From a virus (Duplodnaviria; Caudoviricetes), in IMG/VR virus record IMGVR_UViG_3300030100_000052, positions 1 through 25,169 of that record: a stretch of 25,169 nt of DNA; one strand, written 5' to 3'. The notes under the pieces are model-generated. The model worked only from the letters and a program-made list of their open reading frames with translations. It had not been told where the DNA came from and searched no databases. Positions 8,432 to 17,599 of the stretch are shown here, piece by piece. The position numbers and the translations under genes were made by a program. Position 1 is the first letter of the stretch; every line of letters starts with the position of its first letter.

Positions 8432-8901
8432 ATCTAACCTTAGAAAAGGTAGAACCTATTGCTGAAAATGGTAAACGCATAGCTGATTTTTTATCAGAAC
8501 ACTTTTGGTCAGAACATTCTTTATCAAGCGAAGGATCTCCACCCATTGAATGGAGCCGAGCATCCTCTCACATAAATCATTTCTTGTTTAACGGTATTGT
8601 GTATAATGTATTAGATGGTGATACAATCATTGGTAGTATTGCTGCAAGTCCAAATGACTATTGGTGGTCAGCAGAACAATACATAGGCGATGGTTGGTTT
8701 TATGTCATGCCAAAGTATAGAAACATAAAAGACCAAACACCACCGTCACATCTTTTAATAGATGCAGTAATAGATTATGCTAAAGAACAAGACAAGCCTT
8801 TGATTCTTGGTATTTTTAACCTAGAGGGTGTAGAAAGAGCTAAGAAACTTTTTGAAAAAAAAGGCTTTCACCAAATAGGTGGTATGTATTATAGGAAATA
8901 A
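8428..8901 (+). CDS. GNAT-fold protein (positional analogue of P22 gp14 / T7 gp13)
   Basis: WFYVMPKYRN...LLIDAVIDYAK and AKKLFEKKGF match GNAT motifs A/B. The gene precedes the ejection genes. Confidence 0.7.
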   Translation: MNLTLEKVEPIAENGKRIADFLSEHFWSEHSLSSEGSPPIEWSRASSHINHFLFNGIVYNVLDGDTIIGSIAASPNDYWWSAEQYIGDGWFYVMPKYRNIKDQTPPSHLLIDAVIDYAKEQDKPLILGIFNLEGVERAKKLFEKKGFHQIGGMYYRK

Positions 8902-8908
8902 ATAAAAG

Positions 8909-10048
8909 ATGTGTCTGAGCAGTAAAACAAAATTAGGTCCAGAAGCACAGGTCATTACTGCGCCTCAAACTGGTTATTCTTTTGTTCAACCATATGCAGA
9001 AGACTATTCACGAAGATTACTAGCCTCTTACTTTGGCGCACCCGGTGAATATGAAGGTCTCATATCTAGACCTAGAGATATTCCCATTGAGCAAACTGCT
9101 GGGCTCACCCCCCTACAAATACAGGCCCGACAGCAAGCTGGAAGACTTGGTGAGTATCAACCCTATGTAACTGAAGCTGGTCGACTCTTCGGTAGACAGG
9201 AAAGAGCTTTAGATGAAGCTTTTGGATATTTACCGGGTGCTCGTGATGCTGTAACTGGTGGCCTTGGTGCGTTACAAAGAGCAGAGCAAACAGCCATGGG
9301 GACTACAGAAATGTATGATCCTTCAATGGCTAGAATGTTTTTTGATCCATACGAAGATCAAGTTGTCCAACAAACATTAGAAGACATAGGCAGACAGTCA
9401 GCACAAGCAGATATTGGTCTAAGAGACAGAGCCATATCGCAAGGTGCTTTTGGTGGCTCTCGTGGACGTATATCGCAAGAAGAATTAGCAAGACAAACAG
9501 GACGTGGAGCAGCAGAGGCTGTATCTGGTATTAGAAGTGCTGGCTTTGGTCAAGCGCAACAACAAGCGCAACAAGCATTTGAACGACAAAGAAGTGCTCA
9601 ACAAGGACTTGCATCACTACAAGCAGGACTTGGCGGCCAACAAGCACAACTAGGTCAAGCTCTTGGTGGTCTTGGACAATTAAGCGCAGGACTTGGCGGC
9701 CAGTTTGGACAGATTGGTGGTGGGTTAGCAGGACTAGGTAGACAAACACAACAACAGCTAGGCAATCAAATTAATATGTTAAATCAACTTGGTCAACAAG
9801 GCCAAGCCACTCAGCAAGCAGCACTATCAAGACAGTTTGCTGGAGCACAACAACTTGCTCAAGAACCTTTACAAAGATTGCTCACAGGTCAACAGCTTCT
9901 AGCTGGATCTCCAATGGGAGGTATCTCTGGAGGTACTGGTACAAGCGCATATCAACGTGGTGTCTATCAGCAACCCACAGCATTAGGACAAGCAGTAGGT
10001 GCTTTTGGAACCATTGCTACTGGCATTGGAGCTCTTGGACAGAGATGA
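8909..10048 (+). CDS. Internal virion / DNA ejection protein, Gly/Gln/Ala-rich
   Basis: It has a GAFGGSRG motif, FFDPYEDQVVQQTL, LG heptad repeats and a hydrophobic Gly-rich C-terminus, and occupies the usual podovirus position. Confidence 0.7.
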   Translation: MCLSSKTKLGPEAQVITAPQTGYSFVQPYAEDYSRRLLASYFGAPGEYEGLISRPRDIPIEQTAGLTPLQIQARQQAGRLGEYQPYVTEAGRLFGRQERALDEAFGYLPGARDAVTGGLGALQRAEQTAMGTTEMYDPSMARMFFDPYEDQVVQQTLEDIGRQSAQADIGLRDRAISQGAFGGSRGRISQEELARQTGRGAAEAVSGIRSAGFGQAQQQAQQAFERQRSAQQGLASLQAGLGGQQAQLGQALGGLGQLSAGLGGQFGQIGGGLAGLGRQTQQQLGNQINMLNQLGQQGQATQQAALSRQFAGAQQLAQEPLQRLLTGQQLLAGSPMGGISGGTGTSAYQRGVYQQPTALGQAVGAFGTIATGIGALGQR

Positions 10049-11877
10049 GAGGGATAATGTCAGGCCTTGAGCCAGTAAGATTAAAAGACGGTGGCTTCCC
10101 AGATCTAACAGGCGATGGCAAAGTAACACAAGCTGACATACTTAAAGGCCGAGGGGTAGAAGGTTTTGCAGAGGGTGGAGACCCTAGGTTTATGAGCCGA
10201 GAAGGTTTCTTCAGTATGAAAGACGACCCTAAAAGACTTAACGCACGAGATATTACTGATTTTATTTTTGATCCAAGCGATCCATTAGATTATGCAGCAG
10301 CTAGTATGGCAGCTACAGGGGTTGGAATTCCAGCGGCTGTAGGCATGAAAGGTTTGAACACTGCTAGAAAAGTCAAAAAAGGCCTTGGTGCTTTAGCTGG
10401 AATGGTTCCAACTACAATGCTTGCAAGAGAAGGCATAGAATTTGCAAAAGGTCCAGTTGAATACACTAGAGGAATTTTAGATCTTGTAACATCAGCACCA
10501 GAGACAGCTGGTTCAATGGGCGAAATAGCGCAAGCATTAAAAGAAGATCCAAAAGGAACAGCTTCTATCATTTATGAAACTGTTTCTGAAACAGCTGGAT
10601 ATCCTGTTCAAAGAGCAGAAGGTGGTATTATCGGTATGGTAGATGGTGGCATACTACCAGCTAGCGCAAAAACTCCAGGCGGTAAAAAGAAAAAATCTGT
10701 TATGACTGTTATGGATATAATGGATGAGATAGCAGAAAAACTTCCTGCAAAACCTAAAGCAAAACCTAAACCTAAACCTAAACCTAAAGCTAAAGCTAAA
10801 GCTAAAGCTAGAGAAGAAGCTGAAAGACAAGCTAGGCTTGATAGAGCTAGAGCTAATAGAGAATTAGATAGACAACCAACACCTGTAAGAACAGATGCCC
10901 CTGAAGTTGGCCCACCAAAACCTGTAACAAGCCAAGGTGCTAATGTTAACAAGGCAGCAGACGATGCTTTTGATGCATCTAAAAAAACAAACATGGAAGG
11001 TAGCGTTGCTCCTTCGTTAGAAAGACCTTTTTACAAAAAGAAAAGATTTATGATACCAGCCGCTGGTGTCGCTGCTGCTAGTCTTATTCCCTTGCTTGGT
11101 AAAGATGAAAAATCTAAACCAAATTTAAGAAACATTAATCCAAAAATTTTACCTAATAATGTAGATCTTACAGACAGAAAAAATACACTTACAATTCAAG
11201 GCTCTAGCAATGTAGTTGGTCGCACTGGTAATAAAATTGATGAAAATCCAGAAACAAATCAATCTTTAATGTATTACATGAAGCAAGATTTAGCTGACAA
11301 GGGTTTTAATTTAGATGCTGATACACAAACATTTACAGGCGATAAAAAACCAACCTTCTTTGATTACGTTAAATCTTTACCTGCTGGTTACATTGACAAA
11401 GTAGCAGACGATGAAGATTATGCTAAAAAAATGATGGCAGGTTTCTTAAACATGATGAAGCCAGTAGAGGGTTATGTTCCTATTAACCCATTGGTTGCAT
11501 TTGGTGAAGGATACCTTGGCGAAGAAACAAGACAAGCTGACATGTTGCCAGCTGATGCTAAACTTTTAGAATACTTAAAAAGAAACAAAGGAGCTTTAGC
11601 TAAACTTCAATCTTTAGAGGCTACAAGAGCAGGAACAACAATTGGAGAGGGAGCTGGATCAGATGAGGTCTTTGCAGGATATCTGCTCCTTAAAGATGGT
11701 CTTAGGGAAGAGTATGGAATCGGAGAAGATGAGATAGCAAACTACGATATTTACTATGTTGATCCAAAAACAAAACAAGAAACATTTGTAAGCTCAAGAA
11801 TGTTTGGTTCTTTATTTGATAATCCTATAAAAGAAATAGCAAATCCTAATTTTATATTAAAACTTAGAGGAACTTAA
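10045..11877 (+). CDS. Internal virion / ejection protein, modular
   Basis: 610 aa with an ATGA overlap. It contains an EF-hand/dockerin-like peptide, Gly/Ala hydrophobic helices and a KP/KA repeat. Confidence 0.6.
   Translation: MRGIMSGLEPVRLKDGGFPDLTGDGKVTQADILKGRGVEGFAEGGDPRFMSREGFFSMKDDPKRLNARDITDFIFDPSDPLDYAAASMAATGVGIPAAVGMKGLNTARKVKKGLGALAGMVPTTMLAREGIEFAKGPVEYTRGILDLVTSAPETAGSMGEIAQALKEDPKGTASIIYETVSETAGYPVQRAEGGIIGMVDGGILPASAKTPGGKKKKSVMTVMDIMDEIAEKLPAKPKAKPKPKPKPKAKAKAKAREEAERQARLDRARANRELDRQPTPVRTDAPEVGPPKPVTSQGANVNKAADDAFDASKKTNMEGSVAPSLERPFYKKKRFMIPAAGVAAASLIPLLGKDEKSKPNLRNINPKILPNNVDLTDRKNTLTIQGSSNVVGRTGNKIDENPETNQSLMYYMKQDLADKGFNLDADTQTFTGDKKPTFFDYVKSLPAGYIDKVADDEDYAKKMMAGFLNMMKPVEGYVPINPLVAFGEGYLGEETRQADMLPADAKLLEYLKRNKGALAKLQSLEATRAGTTIGEGAGSDEVFAGYLLLKDGLREEYGIGEDEIANYDIYYVDPKTKQETFVSSRMFGSLFDNPIKEIANPNFILKLRGT
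10750..10809 (+). repeat. In-frame 6-nt tandem repeat, 10 units of AAA(CCT/GCT/GCA), encoding KPKAKPKPKPKPKAKAKAKA
   Basis: Read directly from the sequence. Confidence 0.9.
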
Positions 11878-11878
11878 C

Positions 11879-14800
11879 ATGCCATTCCTTACATTCGAGG
11901 ATGGTTCAAAAACCTACATTCCAGACGAAAGCCCAGAGACTATTGCTAAAGCAAAAGAAGCTTATAAATTAAGCAAGAAAGGCGATGCTAGTGTATTAGG
12001 AGATATTGGTAAACAAGCTGTAAGAGGCCTTCAAAAAATTGGAGAAGGTGCTGCTACCACTGTAACAACAGGTATAGATCTTTTTGCTGATACAGATTTA
12101 ACAGCAGACGTTAAAAGATACTATGATGAAATTGATATCGGAGAAGCAGAGACCACAGCAGGAGAAGTCACAAGATACTTAGTACAATTTGGACTACCAG
12201 GGTTTGGTGCCGCTGGAGTTCTTGCAAGAACAGGAAAAATAGGAAGACTTGGTCAAGCTCTTGGCGCAGGTGTTGTGGATGGAGCTGTAGCTACAGATGA
12301 TGTGGTCACATTAAAGGATACTTTTTTAGATACAGAATCAGAATCAGATGAAGCAAGACTAGCTAGATTAAGAGGATCTGAAGCAGCCGCTGAAAGGCTT
12401 AAAGAAAAGATGGAAGTAGCTATTGAAGGTGGTGCTTTTGTATTTGGATTACCTTTGGCTGTAAAAGCTGTGGGTAAAACTGTAGGCGCAGGTGTTGATC
12501 TTATGTCTCCTGTTGGATCTTTTATAGCAAAGCTTGGATCTTCAAAAACAAAACCCGGTGAGATACAAAAATCTGCTTTTGATGCGAACGAAAAACAAGC
12601 AAAAGGAATACTAGGAGATTTATTTAAAAAAGAAAACTTTAGATTCTACGGAGATTCTCCTGATGAATTGGTAGGCCAAGCAAAATACGCAAAACTAAAC
12701 ATGGTAAGAGCCATGCAAGATCAAGTAGATTCGTCATTTAATTCTATAGAAAATATAATGCAGCGTACTGTAGATACAGGAAGCGTTAATCAAAGCACTG
12801 CATTATCTTTATCTAGAAACATAGAAGACTTTTTGTTTCCGAGAGTAAAGATAGACTATCAACAACCAGATTTATCTAGAGGTCAAAAGATACAAAAAGC
12901 AAAAAGACTTCAAGAAGAAGCTTTAGATAATATAAAAAATCTAGAAAAAAAATATATTAATTACGATTCTATTGGACTTAATTACAACAACGGTATATCA
13001 GAAACATTAAAATCAAACAGAGAATTGTTTGACACTTATTCTAAAGAAATTTTAGACATAAGCGATGAAACCTCTACAGGTTTTATGAATCTATTTTTAC
13101 CAGATGAATTAAGAAATGCTATTACAGAAAGCGTTGGGACTTATGGCACTAGAGCTTATAAAGCATATATAGATAAAGGGTATAAAGTAGATCCAAAATT
13201 TAGAGATGATGCTATAGAAGAACTACAATCTAAGTTAGCACTGAGTAACAATGAGGCTAAAGCCACCTTTAACGAACTGTTAAATCCTGGCCCTAAGAAT
13301 AAAGTCGGTACACCATATGAAGTAAATGAAGTTTTACTTGAAGGTTTAAAGATGGACAAAGGTATTTTGAAAGGCAAAAGTTTAGATGATTTACCAGCTG
13401 TAAGAAGGGCTTTAGGAGAAACTGCAGGCTACTTGCAAGGTGACTGGCGAACTGCACTAAAGAACACTCAACTGACAGCTACAACGACAGCTAAAAGACA
13501 AGCATCTTTAGTGGGCAAGTATAGGATGTTTGACGATATTAAAAAATTAGATGAGTTATCTCCAACAACCGGAGGAGCTAAGTTTTTAAAGACAGAAGAA
13601 GAAGCTTTAAAGATGGGCAGACAGTTAGACAATAACAACATACAAATGTTTAACGATCAAGGCGAATCAATAATACTTAAAAAATTTAAAGCAGAAGATG
13701 CTGGTGCACTAGATGGAATGTATGCAACTGAAAAAACTTACAACGCTTTGCTTGGTGCAGCATCAGATATTGCAGCTGAAAGTGACGCAATAAATAAAAT
13801 ATATGCATCAATGTTAGCTGTAAAAGCTGGATCCCAATACGGTAAAACTGTTTTGTCTCCGGGTGCACAAGTAAGAAACTTTAGCAGTATTCCTTTCTTT
13901 TCATTATTAAATGGTAATGTTGGAAGCACAGGAAGATTCGCTGATGCTGTGGCTCACTCCTTCGCAGGTATTTTTGATCCAAAGAAAAGAGTTATACGCA
14001 AAGATGTAGTTCAAGAATTAACAGAAGAGGGTATGGCCCAAGGTGGTGGTGCTCAACTTGGAGAAACATTAGAGTTAGCTAAACTAGCAACTGATAATTT
14101 GGATTGGGCTAGAGGTGTAGCAAAAATATCTGACACAGCTCCTGTAAAATTTTTAGAAAAAACATACAGAATGACTGATGATACAGGTCGTGTGTTTAAT
14201 TATTTAAATGAAAAAGATAGATTCAGAAAAGCAATATCAAAAAGTTTAGATTCTAGCATACCAATTGAGTCAGCAAAAAATATAACTAGGTTTGCAGATT
14301 TAATTCAAGGATCTTCTAGAACTGGAGCAATAATAAAACCACAGGACATATTAAATAAATATGGTGAAGAAGGTTTAGAAAAATTCATAAGAAGTGAGTC
14401 AGCAGAAATAACAGCTAACACAGTACAGAACTATCAAAGGGTTGTACCAATTGTCTCTCAAGTAATTAGAAAACTCCCTCTTGGTAACTTTGTTGCGTTT
14501 CCAGCTGAGATTATAAGGAACACTAGTAATGCTTATTCAAGAGGTATTAAAGAACTTTTAAGCGACAATAAAGAAATACAAAAGATAGGTATGCGAAGAG
14601 TTGTTGGTGCTACAACCACAACTGCCGCTTTGCCAAGTTCCCTTCTTGCTTTAGGTATGACACTTACTGGAGTCAACAAAGATTCAGTTAATGCTTACAA
14701 AAGATCTTTTGCAGCACCATGGGATAGAACAGCCACATTAGTTCCTATTGCGTCTGATAAGGATGGCAACCCAACCCAGTTCTTTAACTTTAGTTATATG

Positions 14801-15790
14801 AATCCATATGATTATTTACGAAGACCTGGAGTAAGAATACTTCAAGAAATAGAAAACGGTAACAGAGATGAAGAGAGTTTATTAAAAGTTGCCTCAGATG
14901 CTTTTGGTGGATCTCTTACAGAAATGTTCCAAAGTTTTGCTGAACCTGCTTTTTCTGCCCAAGCTGTATTGGAAGCTACCAATGGAGAAACTTCTACAGG
15001 TAGAAAAATATTTGGACCTTCAGATTCTTTTGGAGATAAAAACGCAAAAAGATTTTTTCATGTAGTTGATACTTTACTGCCAAGTATCACACCTTTTAAT
15101 TTACAATTTGATAGAACATCTAAACTGCCACTTGGAATAGGAGTTGAAACATTAAAAGCAAAAGGATTTCCTAGAGCTGTAATAGGAAGCACAGGTGGTA
15201 AAGGAGAAGATAAAAAAATATTAAACAAAAGCGGTAAAGAAATAGATGTAGCAGAAACTTTTGTGCAAGCTTTCAGTGGTATTAAAGTAATAAAGCCACA
15301 GATTGATTTAACTTTAAGATACAGAGGATTTGAAGCTAACGATGCTATTAGAGATTCAACCAATGAATTTAATAGAATATTAAGATCTCCTGATGCTCAG
15401 TCATCTGAGCAACTTTTACAAGGTTTCATCAATCAAAATGAAGCTAGGTTTAATGTGTTAAGAGATTTATATACAACCATTGATGATGCAAGAGCCTTGG
15501 GATTATCTGATAGAGATATTGAAAAACAATTAAAAGAGGCCAAGGTTGCTAACTATAAAGAAGTTATGAGAGGCAAGTTTAGACCAATAGAGCCAAGCTT
15601 TGACATGATTCAAGCATCTAGAGCTGGTGCATTTGGAAGTCCTCAACCAATAGATCCTAGCACCATTAGAGCAGCGCAGACTGAATTGCAACAAGATCTA
15701 ACTGGAAGATACATAACACCAGATGCAAGACAAAGAGCTATAGAAATTTTAAGAGAAGAAGAAAGAAAGAAACTAGTAGGCACACCCTAG
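11879..15790 (+). CDS. Large internal virion / ejection protein (T7 gp16 / P22 gp16-like position)
   Basis: 1303 aa, apparently helical, with Gly/Ala hydrophobic N-terminal segments. It is the last gene of the structural operon. Confidence 0.65.
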   Translation: MPFLTFEDGSKTYIPDESPETIAKAKEAYKLSKKGDASVLGDIGKQAVRGLQKIGEGAATTVTTGIDLFADTDLTADVKRYYDEIDIGEAETTAGEVTRYLVQFGLPGFGAAGVLARTGKIGRLGQALGAGVVDGAVATDDVVTLKDTFLDTESESDEARLARLRGSEAAAERLKEKMEVAIEGGAFVFGLPLAVKAVGKTVGAGVDLMSPVGSFIAKLGSSKTKPGEIQKSAFDANEKQAKGILGDLFKKENFRFYGDSPDELVGQAKYAKLNMVRAMQDQVDSSFNSIENIMQRTVDTGSVNQSTALSLSRNIEDFLFPRVKIDYQQPDLSRGQKIQKAKRLQEEALDNIKNLEKKYINYDSIGLNYNNGISETLKSNRELFDTYSKEILDISDETSTGFMNLFLPDELRNAITESVGTYGTRAYKAYIDKGYKVDPKFRDDAIEELQSKLALSNNEAKATFNELLNPGPKNKVGTPYEVNEVLLEGLKMDKGILKGKSLDDLPAVRRALGETAGYLQGDWRTALKNTQLTATTTAKRQASLVGKYRMFDDIKKLDELSPTTGGAKFLKTEEEALKMGRQLDNNNIQMFNDQGESIILKKFKAEDAGALDGMYATEKTYNALLGAASDIAAESDAINKIYASMLAVKAGSQYGKTVLSPGAQVRNFSSIPFFSLLNGNVGSTGRFADAVAHSFAGIFDPKKRVIRKDVVQELTEEGMAQGGGAQLGETLELAKLATDNLDWARGVAKISDTAPVKFLEKTYRMTDDTGRVFNYLNEKDRFRKAISKSLDSSIPIESAKNITRFADLIQGSSRTGAIIKPQDILNKYGEEGLEKFIRSESAEITANTVQNYQRVVPIVSQVIRKLPLGNFVAFPAEIIRNTSNAYSRGIKELLSDNKEIQKIGMRRVVGATTTTAALPSSLLALGMTLTGVNKDSVNAYKRSFAAPWDRTATLVPIASDKDGNPTQFFNFSYMNPYDYLRRPGVRILQEIENGNRDEESLLKVASDAFGGSLTEMFQSFAEPAFSAQAVLEATNGETSTGRKIFGPSDSFGDKNAKRFFHVVDTLLPSITPFNLQFDRTSKLPLGIGVETLKAKGFPRAVIGSTGGKGEDKKILNKSGKEIDVAETFVQAFSGIKVIKPQIDLTLRYRGFEANDAIRDSTNEFNRILRSPDAQSSEQLLQGFINQNEARFNVLRDLYTTIDDARALGLSDRDIEKQLKEAKVANYKEVMRGKFRPIEPSFDMIQASRAGAFGSPQPIDPSTIRAAQTELQQDLTGRYITPDARQRAIEILREEERKKLVGTP

Positions 15791-16515
15791 AATATATCTA
15801 TTACTAGCTCACATCTAGGATCGTCTTTGTCCACTCCACCAAACCTATAGACCACTTCTTTTATTTGTTTGAAGTCATCATCTTGTATGATCTGTGCCTT
15901 TACCAAAGCGTCACAAGCAAACTTATCTATGACTGAACATGGATTGCTTATGTCAAGTCGCCTGTTGCTTCTAGCGTAGTAGGTATATGTCAATCTAACT
16001 GGCTCTGTAAACTTAGGTAAGTCCTGTATCTCTGGCAATAGATCATCTGAGTATGTCTTCTTTGCTGTAGATAAAACTCTGTAATGAGCATTGCGATAGT
16101 TGTTTAGGTTTAGAATAAACTTTTTTTTCTTTGAATAATAAACATCTAAAGATAGTTTAATTTTTATTTTTTTATTAAACATATCTTTTTTTAATAAATC
16201 AGTAATTTGATCTCTATTCAATAATTTTTTCTTTTTTAATTTTTGATGTTTCATCCTCCAACTTAAATCCCTTTGTAAACTTTCAAATATCCAATCATGA
16301 AACTTTTCAGTTGTAGGACACCAAGTAGACTCATAAGCTCTAACCACACAACAATTAATAATTTCATGACATGCTTCCTGTAATTCTTTTGAATTATCTT
16401 GCATTATATCAGCCATCTTTTTTGTAAATGTTTTTTCCATGGCATCGCATTTATGGTGTTCACGCCAACCATCTATATATTTTTTTTTCTTCATATAAAC
16501 TTTTTGCCAATACAT
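15787..16515 (-). CDS. rusA: RusA-family Holliday junction resolvase with an atypical N-terminal extension (core probably starts at ATG 16182)
   Basis: RRLDISN...DKFACDALVKAQIIQDDD...PRCELVI matches the RusA catalytic Asp/Lys pattern. Confidence 0.75.
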   Translation of the reverse strand: MYWQKVYMKKKKYIDGWREHHKCDAMEKTFTKKMADIMQDNSKELQEACHEIINCCVVRAYESTWCPTTEKFHDWIFESLQRDLSWRMKHQKLKKKKLLNRDQITDLLKKDMFNKKIKIKLSLDVYYSKKKKFILNLNNYRNAHYRVLSTAKKTYSDDLLPEIQDLPKFTEPVRLTYTYYARSNRRLDISNPCSVIDKFACDALVKAQIIQDDDFKQIKEVVYRFGGVDKDDPRCELVIDIF

Positions 16516-16516
16516 A

Positions 16517-17599
16517 TTAAAACGGAGCCCCGGTGTCTACCCACGGCCTAATCTTTTGTATCGTGCCATTGAACAAATGTTTTATCTTATTGTATTGTTC
16601 TAAAGATTCTTTTGGAAAGCCACTGTTGATAACCTCTATCAACTCTTTGCTAGAATAAAAGTTATCTTCCTTAGAGTGTTTACCTTCTGGGACATTCACA
16701 AATCGCATCCCATCTTTCTCGTAAATTACTATGCTGTCGTCTTTTTCTATGAGCGTAGCTGGTATAAGATCTGGAATATAGTTGTGATTTGCACAACCTG
16801 TGGTCTGTCTTTTCTTACTTATTATCCTATTATCTTTAGAGCAAACCCAATTACCACTTTCAATATCAGCGTTAGAAAAACGACACGATCTACAATGTAA
16901 CTTACTTGGCAAAGACCTACCTAAATAAGCAGACTGTTGCTTTGGAGTCATGTAGCTGCGTATTCTGTAATCTGTCTCAGGTATGTAATTATCTGGTGGA
17001 GCGTCAGCTAACAGTATATTCTTGGCTTTGTCCATAAACATACTGAACTTCTCAAGATCAAAGTCTATGACTTCTGTGTATAAAGCTGAATTGTTTTTGT
17101 TGTAAACAATAACTATGCAATGACTTAACTTAAACAAACCCATATACAAATGTATTTGAGCATCATACTCTGCTGACCAATCACAATAGCTACCTAACTT
17201 TTCTAGTTTATTAAAACGATTTTCATTGGCTGTCTTAAACTCTAGTAGGTATGGTTTGTTTGCTTTTAAGCCGGGTAAATCTTTTGCTACACCATCTATA
17301 TGACCTTTTACATGGCCACCAAAAGCTTTAGTCTCAAACTGATTACCATTCTTATCTACGTCATAGATCTTCGCGCCAGGTATCTTTCTTAACTTTTTAA
17401 TTAGATCTTCTTCAACCACATTACCTAGATCCAACAGACGCAATACTCTTGGTTCCCAATCATCTGGCATCAGCCATCGCCAACGCAACCACAATAGCCT
17501 TTGGTTTGGATTACCTATTTGACTAATACCTAAATAGAATCTAAGACCTCTTTCTTCTTGTAGCTCTACATCATCGAGCAATTGGTTTATATCTTTCAT
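16517..17599 (-). CDS. Cas4-like PD-(D/E)XK exonuclease with a C-terminal Cys/His cluster
   Basis: Motifs YLGISQIG, GHIDG, LLEFKT and AQIHLYM (QxxxY), plus C-terminal CRSC...C...C..H. Confidence 0.85.
   Translation of the reverse strand: MKDINQLLDDVELQEERGLRFYLGISQIGNPNQRLLWLRWRWLMPDDWEPRVLRLLDLGNVVEEDLIKKLRKIPGAKIYDVDKNGNQFETKAFGGHVKGHIDGVAKDLPGLKANKPYLLEFKTANENRFNKLEKLGSYCDWSAEYDAQIHLYMGLFKLSHCIVIVYNKNNSALYTEVIDFDLEKFSMFMDKAKNILLADAPPDNYIPETDYRIRSYMTPKQQSAYLGRSLPSKLHCRSCRFSNADIESGNWVCSKDNRIISKKRQTTGCANHNYIPDLIPATLIEKDDSIVIYEKDGMRFVNVPEGKHSKEDNFYSSKELIEVINSGFPKESLEQYNKIKHLFNGTIQKIRPWVDTGAPF

Noticed and set aside
14030-14050. MAQGG in the large ejection protein as another GG motif
   Set aside because: It is a single instance in the middle of a 1303-aa protein with no evident module boundary, so it may be chance.
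16173-16521. TATTAAA as a target-site duplication around the AT-rich block
   Set aside because: A 7-mer of only A/T is expected by chance, and there is no transposase or terminal inverted repeat.
16517-17599. CRISPR-Cas system suggested by the Cas4-like gene
   Set aside because: There is no repeat-spacer array or other cas gene. Stand-alone Cas4-like nucleases are common in phage recombination modules.
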